Below the pieces are notes generated by a model that was not told the DNA's origin, did not search any database, and saw only the letters and a program-made list of their open reading frames with translations. DNA of 64,000 nt. Origin: Planctomycetota bacterium. Its GTDB lineage: Bacteria > Planctomycetota > Planctomycetia > Planctomycetales > Planctomycetaceae. Shown in pieces: positions 1 through 9,700 of the stretch (its first letter is position 1; each line of letters opens with the position of its first letter). The DNA lies in assembly GCA_003670925.1 (NCBI GenBank), contig QWQG01000198.1:10994-74993 (forward strand). Direction: 5' to 3'. The position numbers and the translations under genes were made by a program.

Positions 1-49
1 ACGAAGCAATGCTGGAAGTCCACCGGACGTTCCGCTGGCCAGTCGGCAG

Positions 50-1504
50 ATGGGGCCTGAATTTACGAACGACAGTTCTGTCGCTGCGCTCCTTCCACAA
101 TCGCCCACAAGCTTCGGTGCATGGTGGTGGTTCTTCGTAATTGCGCCTCCGCTGGTGTGGCTAACGACCGGGCTGATTCGCCACCGAACCATCATCTGGG
201 GGCTTTTGCCTCGTTTCCGATCCCCAAAGTCGTGCTGCCTCGCCGCATTTGAACATGCTCAGGAATCAGCCGATCTTGTCACAGCGTTGACGCAGTACAT
301 TGGAAGTCGCACAAGACAGACATGTACCACGCCAGCCGTTGCGATAGGCGCGTTGCGAACTTCTGGCATGACGCAATTCGCAATTGAGATCGAAGCTTTT
401 TTTCAGCGTTGCGGACAATCGCACTTCAACGATGCGCCACTGCAGTCGCTGATTGAAACTCGCAAGGAGGCACGCGAACATCTGGAACGGATCGAATCCT
501 TGGTCAGTTGCATCAGAAAGTCTCAGGTTCGTCGCCCAATCCGCACGGCGACAAGTCAAGTCTCTAAACCTCGAAAAATCAGCCGCGCGAGCCAGCGGTT
601 CTCGCTGCTGCTGATCGCATCTGTCGTCGCCTCTGCAGCTGGCAATCTCAACGCGGCAGCGGAGACTCAGCCCGTCACAAATTTGAAGGAGGGAATGCCA
701 GACAGGATTGAACTCTCCACCTCGCAGCGGCAAACATTGTTGACGGAAGCTGGTGATCTGTATGCACGTGGGACTGCTGTTGAAAAGACGGATGCCGCCG
801 AAGCGATGGACTTGTTCACAGCCGCGGCCCAAAAATACCAATTGCTCGTCGATTCTGGCCTGCACAACGCACGACTTTACCGAAATCTTGGCAATGCCTA
901 CCTCCACAGCAACCAGCTTGGCCGCAGCATCGCGAATTATGAACGAGCGACGCAATTGGATGCTGACGATCGACAGCTCGCCGTAAATCTTGAGTTTGCA
1001 AATTCTCTAGTCGAGAGCGGGGAGCCACAGTCAAATAACGCGACTAGTCCGACGGTAGAAGACGCCTTGTCGCTCGCCATGATCATGCAAAAACTTCGCT
1101 CCTGCAACATGCTGCTGATCAACTTCATCGGCATGCGCACCATCATCTGGACGCTGGTGATTACATCCGTTGGATTCTGGAGTCTCCAGATCATGCGCGT
1201 GGCCGGTTATCGTTTTCCTTTGTGGCGTTTCGCGTTTGGGCCGCTCCTGTTGTTGACAATGTCGCTGACTTCTGCGGTGTTGGCATCGACTCAGCCGCCA
1301 CGCATTGCGAGTGGAATTATTGTCGCCGACAGGGCGACGTTGCGCTCCGGCGACGGCGAGCTATTTGCCCCGGTCTTTTCACTTGATTCATCCCAAGGCC
1401 ATCGGGTCCAAATCCTCACGACTCGAGGCGACTGGACGCAGGTTATAACCAGCGACGCCCATGTCGGGTGGCTGCCCACGCTGGAGATTGAACAACTGGA
1501 GTAA
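50..1504 (+). CDS. TPR-repeat membrane protein with C-terminal bacterial SH3-like domain (BatE-like)
   Basis: 484-aa ORF with hydrophobic segments and TPR-like repeats (NLGNAYLHSNQLGRSIANYERATQLDADD). The C-terminal SH3_3-like stretch is GHRVQILTTRGDWTQVITSDAHVGWLP. The architecture resembles BatE of Bat/aerotolerance operons. The start is unverified and any partner genes would lie upstream of the window. Confidence 0.5.
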   Translation: MGPEFTNDSSVAALLPQSPTSFGAWWWFFVIAPPLVWLTTGLIRHRTIIWGLLPRFRSPKSCCLAAFEHAQESADLVTALTQYIGSRTRQTCTTPAVAIGALRTSGMTQFAIEIEAFFQRCGQSHFNDAPLQSLIETRKEAREHLERIESLVSCIRKSQVRRPIRTATSQVSKPRKISRASQRFSLLLIASVVASAAGNLNAAAETQPVTNLKEGMPDRIELSTSQRQTLLTEAGDLYARGTAVEKTDAAEAMDLFTAAAQKYQLLVDSGLHNARLYRNLGNAYLHSNQLGRSIANYERATQLDADDRQLAVNLEFANSLVESGEPQSNNATSPTVEDALSLAMIMQKLRSCNMLLINFIGMRTIIWTLVITSVGFWSLQIMRVAGYRFPLWRFAFGPLLLLTMSLTSAVLASTQPPRIASGIIVADRATLRSGDGELFAPVFSLDSSQGHRVQILTTRGDWTQVITSDAHVGWLPTLEIEQLE

Positions 1505-1848
1505 CCACGTGGCGCATAAAACACAAATCTAGAAAAAAGGCAGTGGCAAGTTACTGAAAAAGCAAGACAAGGGAATTCCCTGGGGCACTGATGACGAGCA
1601 TGTGAAAGGTGGTCATGCATTCAAGACCAAAACCTGCCCTCGGCCATGGAGTCAAGACAACACAAGGCAAGGAGAATGGCTGTGAACATAGTTGATCAAT
1701 CGCCTCATGCCCGACGGGCTATGATTTAGTGGCCGAAACACGATGGCCGTGACGTGGCATCGCGTCTACGATGCTCTCTGTCTAGGTCGATTGGCCGCGG
1801 CACTCCTGTTGAATCGATGGGTTGAGTCAAATGTCGTGAGGTTCCCGC

Positions 1849-2634
1849 ATGTCCGGTTCAATTGGATCATCAACGCCGGATGAAATTGCGTTCTCATTTC
1901 AGCAGGTGACTCAGCAGTTTGAGACCAACTCCAGTCCCGTATTTCGTGAACTGAATCTGTCAATTGCAACGGGGCAGTTTGTGTCGATCGTAGGCCCTTC
2001 CGGCTGCGGCAAATCCACCTTGCTGAGACTCATTGCAGGATTACAGACGCCGACATCCGGAACTTTGATGCGTAACCCTCGGGCAACGGGACAGCAGATC
2101 GGGTTTGTGTTTCAACACCCGACGTTGCTTCCGTGGAGAACAGCTGAGCAGAATCTGCATCTGCCGCTGGAACTGGGTAGAGCCGGCCGTTCGTCCATCC
2201 CCGCAACTCACAAGCCAGTGCATGAACTTCTGGAACAGGTGGGGCTGTCAGCGCAAGATGCCATAAAACGTCCGGCTCAAATGTCCGGCGGCATGCAAAT
2301 GCGATTGTCACTGGCCCGAGCTCTGGTGACGAACCCGAGTGTCCTGCTGCTGGATGAACCGCTTGCTGCCGTCGATGATTTTCTGCGGATGCGACTTCAG
2401 GAAGACATTCGGCGTTTGCACGAGAATCGCAAGTTGACCACTGTCCTTGTCACTCACAATATTCAGGAAGCCGTATTCCTGAGTGACCAAGTCGTCGTTC
2501 TGACGGGCTCTCCAGCCACAGTCAAGTCATCGCTCGCAATTACATGGCCGGGATCCAGAGATGCAACTTTCCGCCACAGCGATGAGCTCGTCCGTTCCAC
2601 GCGGCAGTTGAGTCGTGCACTGTTCGGCCAGTAA
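1849..2634 (+). CDS. ABC transporter ATP-binding protein (NitT/TauT-like), orphan
   Basis: ATG at 1849. Motifs: Walker A GPSGCGKST, ABC signature MSGGMQMRLSLARAL, Walker B LLLDEPLAAVD, H-loop VTHN. No permease or binding-protein gene is adjacent. Confidence 0.85.
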   Translation: MSGSIGSSTPDEIAFSFQQVTQQFETNSSPVFRELNLSIATGQFVSIVGPSGCGKSTLLRLIAGLQTPTSGTLMRNPRATGQQIGFVFQHPTLLPWRTAEQNLHLPLELGRAGRSSIPATHKPVHELLEQVGLSAQDAIKRPAQMSGGMQMRLSLARALVTNPSVLLLDEPLAAVDDFLRMRLQEDIRRLHENRKLTTVLVTHNIQEAVFLSDQVVVLTGSPATVKSSLAITWPGSRDATFRHSDELVRSTRQLSRALFGQ

Positions 2635-3070
2635 GATCCACATCCACATCAAAGTGGAGGCCAACTCGACAACGGGGTTAGGTGGAAGTTTGATGCAGCT
2701 CGTTGGTCTGGAGATCGGCTTGCAAATTAGACCCATTTTGGCGCGGAAAACGGACCCAGTTCGTAAACGATTTGACCACGCGGAGTTGCCTCGCATTTAG
2801 GCACACTGCTGTTTGAGGCTCAGCAGTTGGCGGCAGGCCGGAAGGCCGACAGCAGTCAAAGCAAGCGGGCCGCTCGGAGAATATTCGCGCCGGGGACTTC
2901 CTTGATGTGGCATGACGTAAAATAGGTAGGACTGAAAAGAACGCAGTCTGGGATACTTGTGAGAAAATATTGGACAAATATCGTGGCTTCAAACTCCCGA
3001 AACCTCCCTATTAACCAGCGAAACCACAAATCATACGTAAAAACAGGCAAGCTACGCAGTAAAACTGCCG

Positions 3071-3098
3071 TTGACGGTCTTTGGTAATTGGATACAAT
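3071..3098 (+). promoter_or_regulatory. Candidate sigma70-type promoter (TTGACG-16 nt-TACAAT)
   Basis: The -35 box TTGACG is at 3071-3076 and the -10 box TACAAT at 3093-3098. It points toward the response-regulator gene and would give a leader of about 260 nt. This is a sequence match only. Confidence 0.35.
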
Positions 3099-3362
3099 CG
3101 GTCAAGTTGAGGGTTGGCACTAACAGGGCAGCCTTTGTAACACGACAGCGAAATCGAGAGTTGTGTGAGTGGTCGTTGTTTGCGGTCATCTCAAAGATTG
3201 TTTGTGGAGCCGGGAGCGAGATTCGCCGTTCTTGGGATCAGAAGAAACAAGTTGCTAGTGTACGGCGCTGAAGCGTCATGGATGGTGTCCGGCAATTGAT
3301 GTCGGACGGTGGGATGCTGCTTGGTTGCAGCTCATCGCTTTTCCAACAAACGGATTGTGCTC

Positions 3363-3944
3363 ATGAAAACAGTGTTCACTACCGGCGAAGCCGCCAAGAT
3401 CTGTAAGGTCAGTCAGCAGACGATTATTCGCTGCTTTGATTCGGGCCAACTTAAGGGGTTTCGCGTGCCTGGTTCGCGTTTCCGCCGGATTCCACGTGAC
3501 ATTCTGTACAAGTTCATGAAAGAGAACGGCATTCCGACTGACGCTTTGGAAAGTGGCAAGCGGAAGGCTCTGATTGTGGACGATGACCACGAACTCGTCG
3601 AACTTATCACCGATGCATTGCAGGCTGACGGTCGATTTGAAGTGCGCGTTGCGAACAATGGTTTCGATGCGGGGATGATGGTCAAAGAATATCATCCAGA
3701 TATCATCGTGCTGGATGTCATGCTTCCGGATATCAATGGCAAAGAAGTGTGTCAACGCGTCCGCAGCGATTCCGCACTCGATGATGTTCGCATCATTTGC
3801 ATCAGTGGCATGGTTGAACAGGACAAGATTCAGGAACTCAAATCTGCTGGTGCCAATCATTTTCTCCAAAAGCCATTTGAAGTGGATTCCCTCGTCGATC
3901 ACGTCTGTCGTCTGCTGGACATTGAGCAACTGCAATCCAGATAG
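3363..3944 (+). CDS. Response regulator with N-terminal excisionase/MerR-type HTH and C-terminal receiver domain
   Basis: ATG at 3363 inside ORF 3309..3944. The HTH is TTGEAAKICKVSQQTIIRCFDSGQLKGFRVPGSRFRRIP. The receiver domain is KALIVDDDHELV...PDIIVLDVMLPDINGKEV...ICISG. Confidence 0.85.
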   Translation: MKTVFTTGEAAKICKVSQQTIIRCFDSGQLKGFRVPGSRFRRIPRDILYKFMKENGIPTDALESGKRKALIVDDDHELVELITDALQADGRFEVRVANNGFDAGMMVKEYHPDIIVLDVMLPDINGKEVCQRVRSDSALDDVRIICISGMVEQDKIQELKSAGANHFLQKPFEVDSLVDHVCRLLDIEQLQSR

Positions 3945-3967
3945 TGATTGTCGCAAATTGTACGAAG

Positions 3968-3993
3968 CAGCGGTCGCCCTTGTGCGACCGCTG
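3968..3993 (+). other. Perfect 10-bp stem-loop between the regulator and kinase genes
   Basis: CAGCGGTCGC (3968-3977), a 6-nt loop, then GCGACCGCTG (3984-3993), 24 nt after the regulator stop. There is no clear U-tract. Confidence 0.45.
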
Positions 3994-4016
3994 AGTCGTT
4001 TAGTCCTCCGCCATAA

Positions 4017-5228
4017 GTGTGGGATGCTATCCCAAGTGGGGACAGCAACAGGACCAGCGGCGCAGATGGAGCGACATCGGTGAGTATTTCGACAGAAGAA
4101 TACATCGGTGCCGCGCCGTTTCTTCATCGATTACTGAACGCCCAAGTATCTGAATCCGGCTGGGACATGCTGTCGTCGCTTGTCGTCGAAGCGTGGATAC
4201 TGCTCGGCGGTGCGTCAACCGCAATCCTCATCAGTCCAAACAATTCAGAGGAATTGCAGGCATCATGCTGCCGCTCGGTGGACCAACAGGGGCTGCAGTT
4301 CAGCAGTATCATGTTCGCTCAACCATTTTCGATGCTGCTCGATCGGGGCGACATCATCCACGCGATTGCTGAGATCGGACTTGTCGGTGGCCTGAATTTA
4401 AGAGTGTTGCCGTGGCCGGATCTGGCTGCCACATTGATTGTTCAGTTTCCAGAAGTCGTGGAGCCATCCCAGGAGACAGTTCAGACGACGCTTATTGCAG
4501 CTTGCCGCCAATTACTCTCCCGCGCGAATGATCGAGCCATCCTGTTGCCGCGTGCCGACTTGCTAGAAGCCATGGCCGAATTTGCCGCCGGAGCGGGACA
4601 TGAGATCAATAATCCGCTTGGCAGTATCCTCGGACAAACTCAGATCTTACTGAAAAACGAAAAGTCGACTGAGCGAAAACAGGCCTTCGAGACGATCGGC
4701 GCTCAGGCTTGGCGCGTTCGCGACATGATCGGCAACTCAATGCTGTTCGCGCGCCCGCCGCAACCGCACAAGAAAAACATCAACCTCGTCGAAGTGGTTC
4801 AGCAGACGCTGGTACCATTCGATAAATCCGCCGTCGGCGTCAAGATTCACTTTGCCACAACCGCCGATGTGATAGAGGTCGTCGCGGATCGGACTCAAGT
4901 AAGCACACTCGTTGCACAACTTGTGCGGAACGCGCTCGAATCGCTCCATGGAGCCGATCAGGACGGCAACGTTTCTGTCACACTCCGCGACGATCTGTCG
5001 CACACCGTCGAACTCTCCGTGGTCGATGATGGTCCCGGTCTCGTGTGTGATGAGGTGCGCCGGCACCTGTTTAACCCATTTTATTCTGGCCGATCCGCCG
5101 GCCGTGGTCTGGGGTTTGGACTGTGTCTGGCATGGCAGATTGTCCGAATGCACGGCGGATTAATCATGCATGAAACTCCGCAAAACGGGGGAGCCGCATT
5201 TCATGTGGCGCTTCCGAAAAACTCGTAG
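4017..5228 (+). CDS. Sensor histidine kinase (GAF-like N-terminus, HisKA, HATPase_c)
   Basis: Motifs: H-box GHEINNPLGSILGQ, N-box VRNALES, G1 DDGPGL, G2 GRGLGFGL. The start is uncertain: GTG at 4017, or GTG at 4080 preceded by GGAG. Confidence 0.8.
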   Translation: MWDAIPSGDSNRTSGADGATSVSISTEEYIGAAPFLHRLLNAQVSESGWDMLSSLVVEAWILLGGASTAILISPNNSEELQASCCRSVDQQGLQFSSIMFAQPFSMLLDRGDIIHAIAEIGLVGGLNLRVLPWPDLAATLIVQFPEVVEPSQETVQTTLIAACRQLLSRANDRAILLPRADLLEAMAEFAAGAGHEINNPLGSILGQTQILLKNEKSTERKQAFETIGAQAWRVRDMIGNSMLFARPPQPHKKNINLVEVVQQTLVPFDKSAVGVKIHFATTADVIEVVADRTQVSTLVAQLVRNALESLHGADQDGNVSVTLRDDLSHTVELSVVDDGPGLVCDEVRRHLFNPFYSGRSAGRGLGFGLCLAWQIVRMHGGLIMHETPQNGGAAFHVALPKNS

Positions 5229-5291
5229 GATGGACATTCCTGTCCGCCGCACGTCCACGTCTCACGAAACGGGTTGAGCAATTCCTGCTGC

Positions 5292-6014
5292 CTAGGTGGG
5301 CATAATTGCGTTGTGGTAAATGTCTTGAACATCATCGCAATCGTTGAGCAGATTGATGAACTTTTCAAACATGACCTGATCTTCCGCGCTGATTTCTTTG
5401 TCAGCCTGCGGGTGGAAGGTGATTTCTTGGACTTGCAACTCTACTTCAGGGAAGGCTTCCAGCAGTGCCGTCTTGGCTTTGTAAAACTCGGTGGCTGGGG
5501 CAAACAACGTCACGTTGCCATCCTTGCATTCAACATCGTCAACATTGACATCGGCATCTAGCATGGCTTCCAATACTTGATCGGCATGGTCCCCTTTGAA
5601 CGACAGCACGGCAAGGTGATCAAATGCATGCGCAACAGAACCAGACGGTCCCAATTTTGAGCCAGTCCTTGTGAAACAACTGCGGACGTCTGTAATCGTA
5701 CGATTATTGTTATCGGTCAAACAATCGATGATGACCGAGCATCCACCGGGACCAAAACCTTCGTAGCGAGCGGCCACAAAATCCTCACCACTACCGCCTT
5801 TGGCTTTTTCGATCGCCTTTTCAATGACGTGACTGGGTACCTGATCGCGTTTGGCTCTTTCAATCAGGCTCCGCAGTGCCGGATTATTTTCGGGGTCCGG
5901 TACGCCATTCTTGGCAACGACGTACAGTTGCTTGCCATACTTGGCATACAGCTTGGACTTCTGCCCTGCGGTCTTAAAGATCGAGGCCTTGCGATTTTCG
6001 AAACTTCTGCCCAT
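5292..6014 (-). CDS. yebC: YebC/PmpR family DNA-binding transcriptional regulator
   Basis: Trimmed to the internal ATG (complement 6012-6014), giving [60 protein letters not shown]. This is the typical N-terminus and length (about 240 aa) for YebC. Confidence 0.9.
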   Translation of the reverse strand: MGRSFENRKASIFKTAGQKSKLYAKYGKQLYVVAKNGVPDPENNPALRSLIERAKRDQVPSHVIEKAIEKAKGGSGEDFVAARYEGFGPGGCSVIIDCLTDNNNRTITDVRSCFTRTGSKLGPSGSVAHAFDHLAVLSFKGDHADQVLEAMLDADVNVDDVECKDGNVTLFAPATEFYKAKTALLEAFPEVELQVQEITFHPQADKEISAEDQVMFEKFINLLNDCDDVQDIYHNAIMPT

Positions 6015-6799
6015 AGCGATTGCCACTTGCTCTGCTACAAACTGCTTGGAACCGTTGAATTCAGGTCTTGAACACGTTTGAGCATCGTACCAAATAGTGC
6101 CGCAACTGCCTCTGACAAGGCAAAAATCTGCACAGATTGGCGTACCGAATTCCACGAGTTCTAGCGTCTCGGATTTCATTTCAACTAATTGTTAACAGTC
6201 ATGTCGCGGAACGGCTGGATGCCGCTGATCTACCGGAATCCGGTTAGCTCTGCGAGAAATGGCGGACTTCGCATCCGGCGTCTTTGTCCGGAAGTCTGAT
6301 TCAGACGCAGAATTGGCGATGCCATTGGTTCCAGATGTGCAGCGAGATCAATGCTTCTGTAGCTCCGCGGAAACTAACATGCAGCGGGGAAATTGGAGGT
6401 TGAACTCAGACAAAGCTGGAGCCTGAAAACCTGTATGAACCAGTTTTCCTAGCACAAAACTGTTGGCAATGCCGATCATAATGCTGGTAGACTCTGTGTT
6501 CAGCCTGAAAACACAAACCTGAAAAACTTGGAGCGATCTTCGGTTGACCGTCTTCGGATTCGGAAAAATTTGGGCTGCCTCAACCCTTCGGGAAGGCAAC
6601 CGCGTGCTCACGAGATGATGCGACATGATGCAGAAAACCGCTTTGATTTTTTTCTAGGTTCCAGTCCGCTTAACTCCCATCCTTGATCTTGGCGATTAAG
6701 ATGTTTTGCTTGCGGAACGATGGTGGGGCATTGCTTGGAAATTTGCCCCACCTGCTCCCTGCCTTCTCAAATCCCTCCCCTTGCTGATTTTATAAAACC

Positions 6800-9700
6800 A
6801 TGATGTGGGCTAGTCGCATGCTTTCGATATTGAGTGGCATCGTCGCAATATGGGCTTTGGGAATTCACCCGTTCGTGGTCGCCGCGCCAATTGCACTTGA
6901 TGACGGTCTAAGCGCGGAGCAGACTGAATTCTTTGAATCGAAGATTCGTCCAACGCTCGTTACTCATTGTTACGAATGCCACTCCGGGCAGGCAGCAACA
7001 CCGAAAGGCGGGCTTCGGCTCGATCTGCGCGAGACGACTTTTGCGGGTGGCGATTCTGGTCCTGCTGTCATTGCCGGTAAACCTGTGGAAAGTCCGTTAA
7101 TGCAGGCCTTGCGATATGAACGCTTCGAGATGCCGCCTACAGGCAAACTGCCGGACACGGTGATCGCCGACTTTGAACGCTGGATCCAAATGGGCGCGCC
7201 GGATCCAAGGACGGAAGTGGCGTTAAAGAAAGTAACGGGAATCGATTATAAAAAGGGGCTTGAGTTCTGGTCTTTCAAACCTCCGGTTCGCGTTCCTGTG
7301 CCGGGCGTAGTCAATTCTGCCTGGGCACGCAACGAGATCGATCACTTTGTCCTAAGTGCACTGGAGAAGCAGGGGCTGAAACCAGCGACGGAAGCGGATC
7401 GTAGGACGCTCATGCGAAGACTTTACTTCGATCTGGTTGGGCTGCCTCCGGAACCCGAGGCGGTTGAATTGTTCGTCAACGACAGCTCCGGCAATGCTTA
7501 TGAAAAAGTAATCGACAGTTTGCTGGCGTCTCCGCATTATGGCGAACGTTGGGGACGTTATTGGCTCGATCTTGCTCGATTCGCCGAAGATCAGGCCCAC
7601 ACGTTCCAAGCGAGAATGTATCCGCAGGGCTATCTATATCGCGACTGGGTTGTCAGAGCATTGAATGCGGACATGCCTTACGACCAGTTTCTGCGTCTTC
7701 AGATTGCCGGTGATCAGATTGATATGCCTGAATCCCATCTCCACCGGGCCGCCCTCGGACTATTTGCGTTGGGACCGGTTTACTATCAGGATAACGGAGA
7801 ACAGGAAAAGGCTCAGGCCGACGAATGGGATGATCGCATTGACACGCTGATGCGCGGAACTCAAGCAATCACCGTATCTTGCGCACGATGTCACGATCAC
7901 AAATACGATCCGATCTCCACGGCCGACTACTATTCTCTGGCGGGGATCTTCGCGAGTTCCGAGTATCGTGAAATGCCGGCTGTTCCCCCAGAAACCGTGG
8001 CCGCTCGACAGCAGGCTGAGCGATCCGTGCAGGCGAAGCAGCTTGAGATCGATACACTGTTGGCAACAGAGGCGCCAGCTGCCAGACAGAAGTTAACTTC
8101 GAGCATCCCGGCTTACATGCAAGCCGCGTGGAAGGCAATGCAGTCTCAGGATTCTGACCAGAAAAAAGTGACGGAGAAGATCGCAACCGAGCATCAACTC
8201 AATCACGATCTTCTCCAACGCTGGGTCGCTTGGCTTTCCGCCGAGGCCAGCTCCGGTGCGCATGGAAACGAACGCATTCATCTAGCGGAATGGCGGGCAT
8301 TTCATCAGGCGTACCGTGAAGCAAGCAACCATGCTGACGACGCTTCATCGCAGGTGAATCAGATTGCCGAACGCCTGCGAGTCCAGGCGGAATTACGGTT
8401 GCCGCAGCGCGAATCTCTACGCAGGCAGTACGGCGACAATTTCGCTTTTGTCGCTGCGGAAGATCGGATGGTCGTAGAGCCTGGGATTGTCCCGCTGGGG
8501 AATCTGTTCGATGACAAAAAGGGCGCATTGCTAACATCAGCGTTAGCGTCCGACCCGTTTCGCTCGACGGCGACGGCAGCCAGCCTTGGCGTCGATCGTG
8601 TTCTGCATGGCTGGGGAGGAACGGCTGAGATCGCGGCCGGCGTTCGCTTTGATTTTCGTTCGATCGGCAGTGACTCACGTCGCGATGCGGAGGTCACAAA
8701 TGACGGGTGGTCAAACGAAGGTGGAATTCAGACACTTGGCAAAAACTGCAGTGCTTCCATCGGGCGAACAGAACAAGGGCTCGGCATGCACGCCAACGCG
8801 CTGATCACCTTTGATCTGGATGAGATTCGTCGATCGGGATTGATGCCTGCATCGCAATCGATGGTATTTCGAGTGGATAGAGCCGGCATTAATGACGATT
8901 CATTCGGCGTCGGCTCGAGTGTCCATATTGCCGTTGTCGTCTCGAAGCCACAATCGAAGCCAAGCGAGTTTGACTCCATCATCGGAGCGTATCTAGATGG
9001 TAAGCCGGCAGCCATTGAAGAAAACGATGCGGTCTATTCCTTCTTGGGAGAAATGCCCCCGGCCCTTGTTCCCGACGGTCGATTCGTTGCCTTCGACGTT
9101 TCCATCCCGCCTGACGCGCGATCGTTGACCATCGCAACCACGGGTGCTGAAATTTCCGACACCGCGAACACGATCAGTAGTGACCATGCAGTCCTGTCAA
9201 ACGCGCGGCTAACCTACGACGCATCTGCCGCTCAACTTGCCAGTTTCGAACCCGTCAAGCCGCTGGACGCGAATTCCGAAGCCGAACGCCAACTGTTGCA
9301 ATCCGATGCTGCATTCCTGTCGGAACTATTCGATGATCGCGGGGTTCTCGGGCTTGCTCCCGATCAAATTGAGTCGCTGCTGGAAGGCGAAGCAAAAACA
9401 TCTCTAGCTCAGATGAAAATTCGCCGGGAGGAACTTCAGAAGCAAGCTGTGGCCATCAACATTCCGATGGCCCATTCATTGATAGAAGGGACGGCCCGCG
9501 ACGTAAAGATCTTTCTGGCAGGTGATCCAAAGAAGAAAGGCGATGTCGCGCCACGGGCGTTTCCAGCGATCTTTACCTCCGGGAAACAGCAGCCCTTTCA
9601 GCCTTCCGGAAGTGGCCGACGTGAACTTGCCAACGCGATCGCATCACCAGGAAATCCGCTGACAGCTCGCGTCATTGCAAACAGAGTCTGGGCTGGGCAT

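Noticed and set aside
2805-2856. SRP (4.5S) RNA candidate, based on a GGAA tetraloop hairpin with nearby AGCAG.
   Set aside because: The flanking internal-loop sequences do not match the conserved domain IV pattern (GGUCAGGUCC-GGAA-GGAAGCAGCC), and the helix register differs. It is kept only as an unexplained hairpin.
3276-4127. Long antisense ORFs opposite well-supported genes. Examples: 3276..4127(-), 24223..24981(-), 31490..32227(-), 44603..45445(-), 36247..36888(+), 62239..62895(+), 63136..63819(+), 266..955(-).
   Set aside because: Each lies entirely inside, and antisense to, a gene with strong family motifs. The translations are Arg/Ser/Cys-rich with no recognisable domains, which is typical of shadow ORFs.
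5292-6179. N-terminal extensions of several ORFs as listed in the track: yebC to 6179, dehydrogenase to 36969, DHS to 42778, prlC to 41638, glyA to 28973, fba from 21037, ppnP from 30855, proS from 31355, helicase to 54850.
   Set aside because: The family-typical N-termini begin at internal ATGs, several with Shine-Dalgarno-like sequences. The extensions are unconserved-looking and would overlap neighbouring promoters or genes.
6348-6626. 92-aa minus-strand ORF in the yebC/PSCyt intergenic region.
   Set aside because: It has no RBS, no motifs and an odd composition, so I treat it as non-coding. The region is reported instead for its direct repeats.
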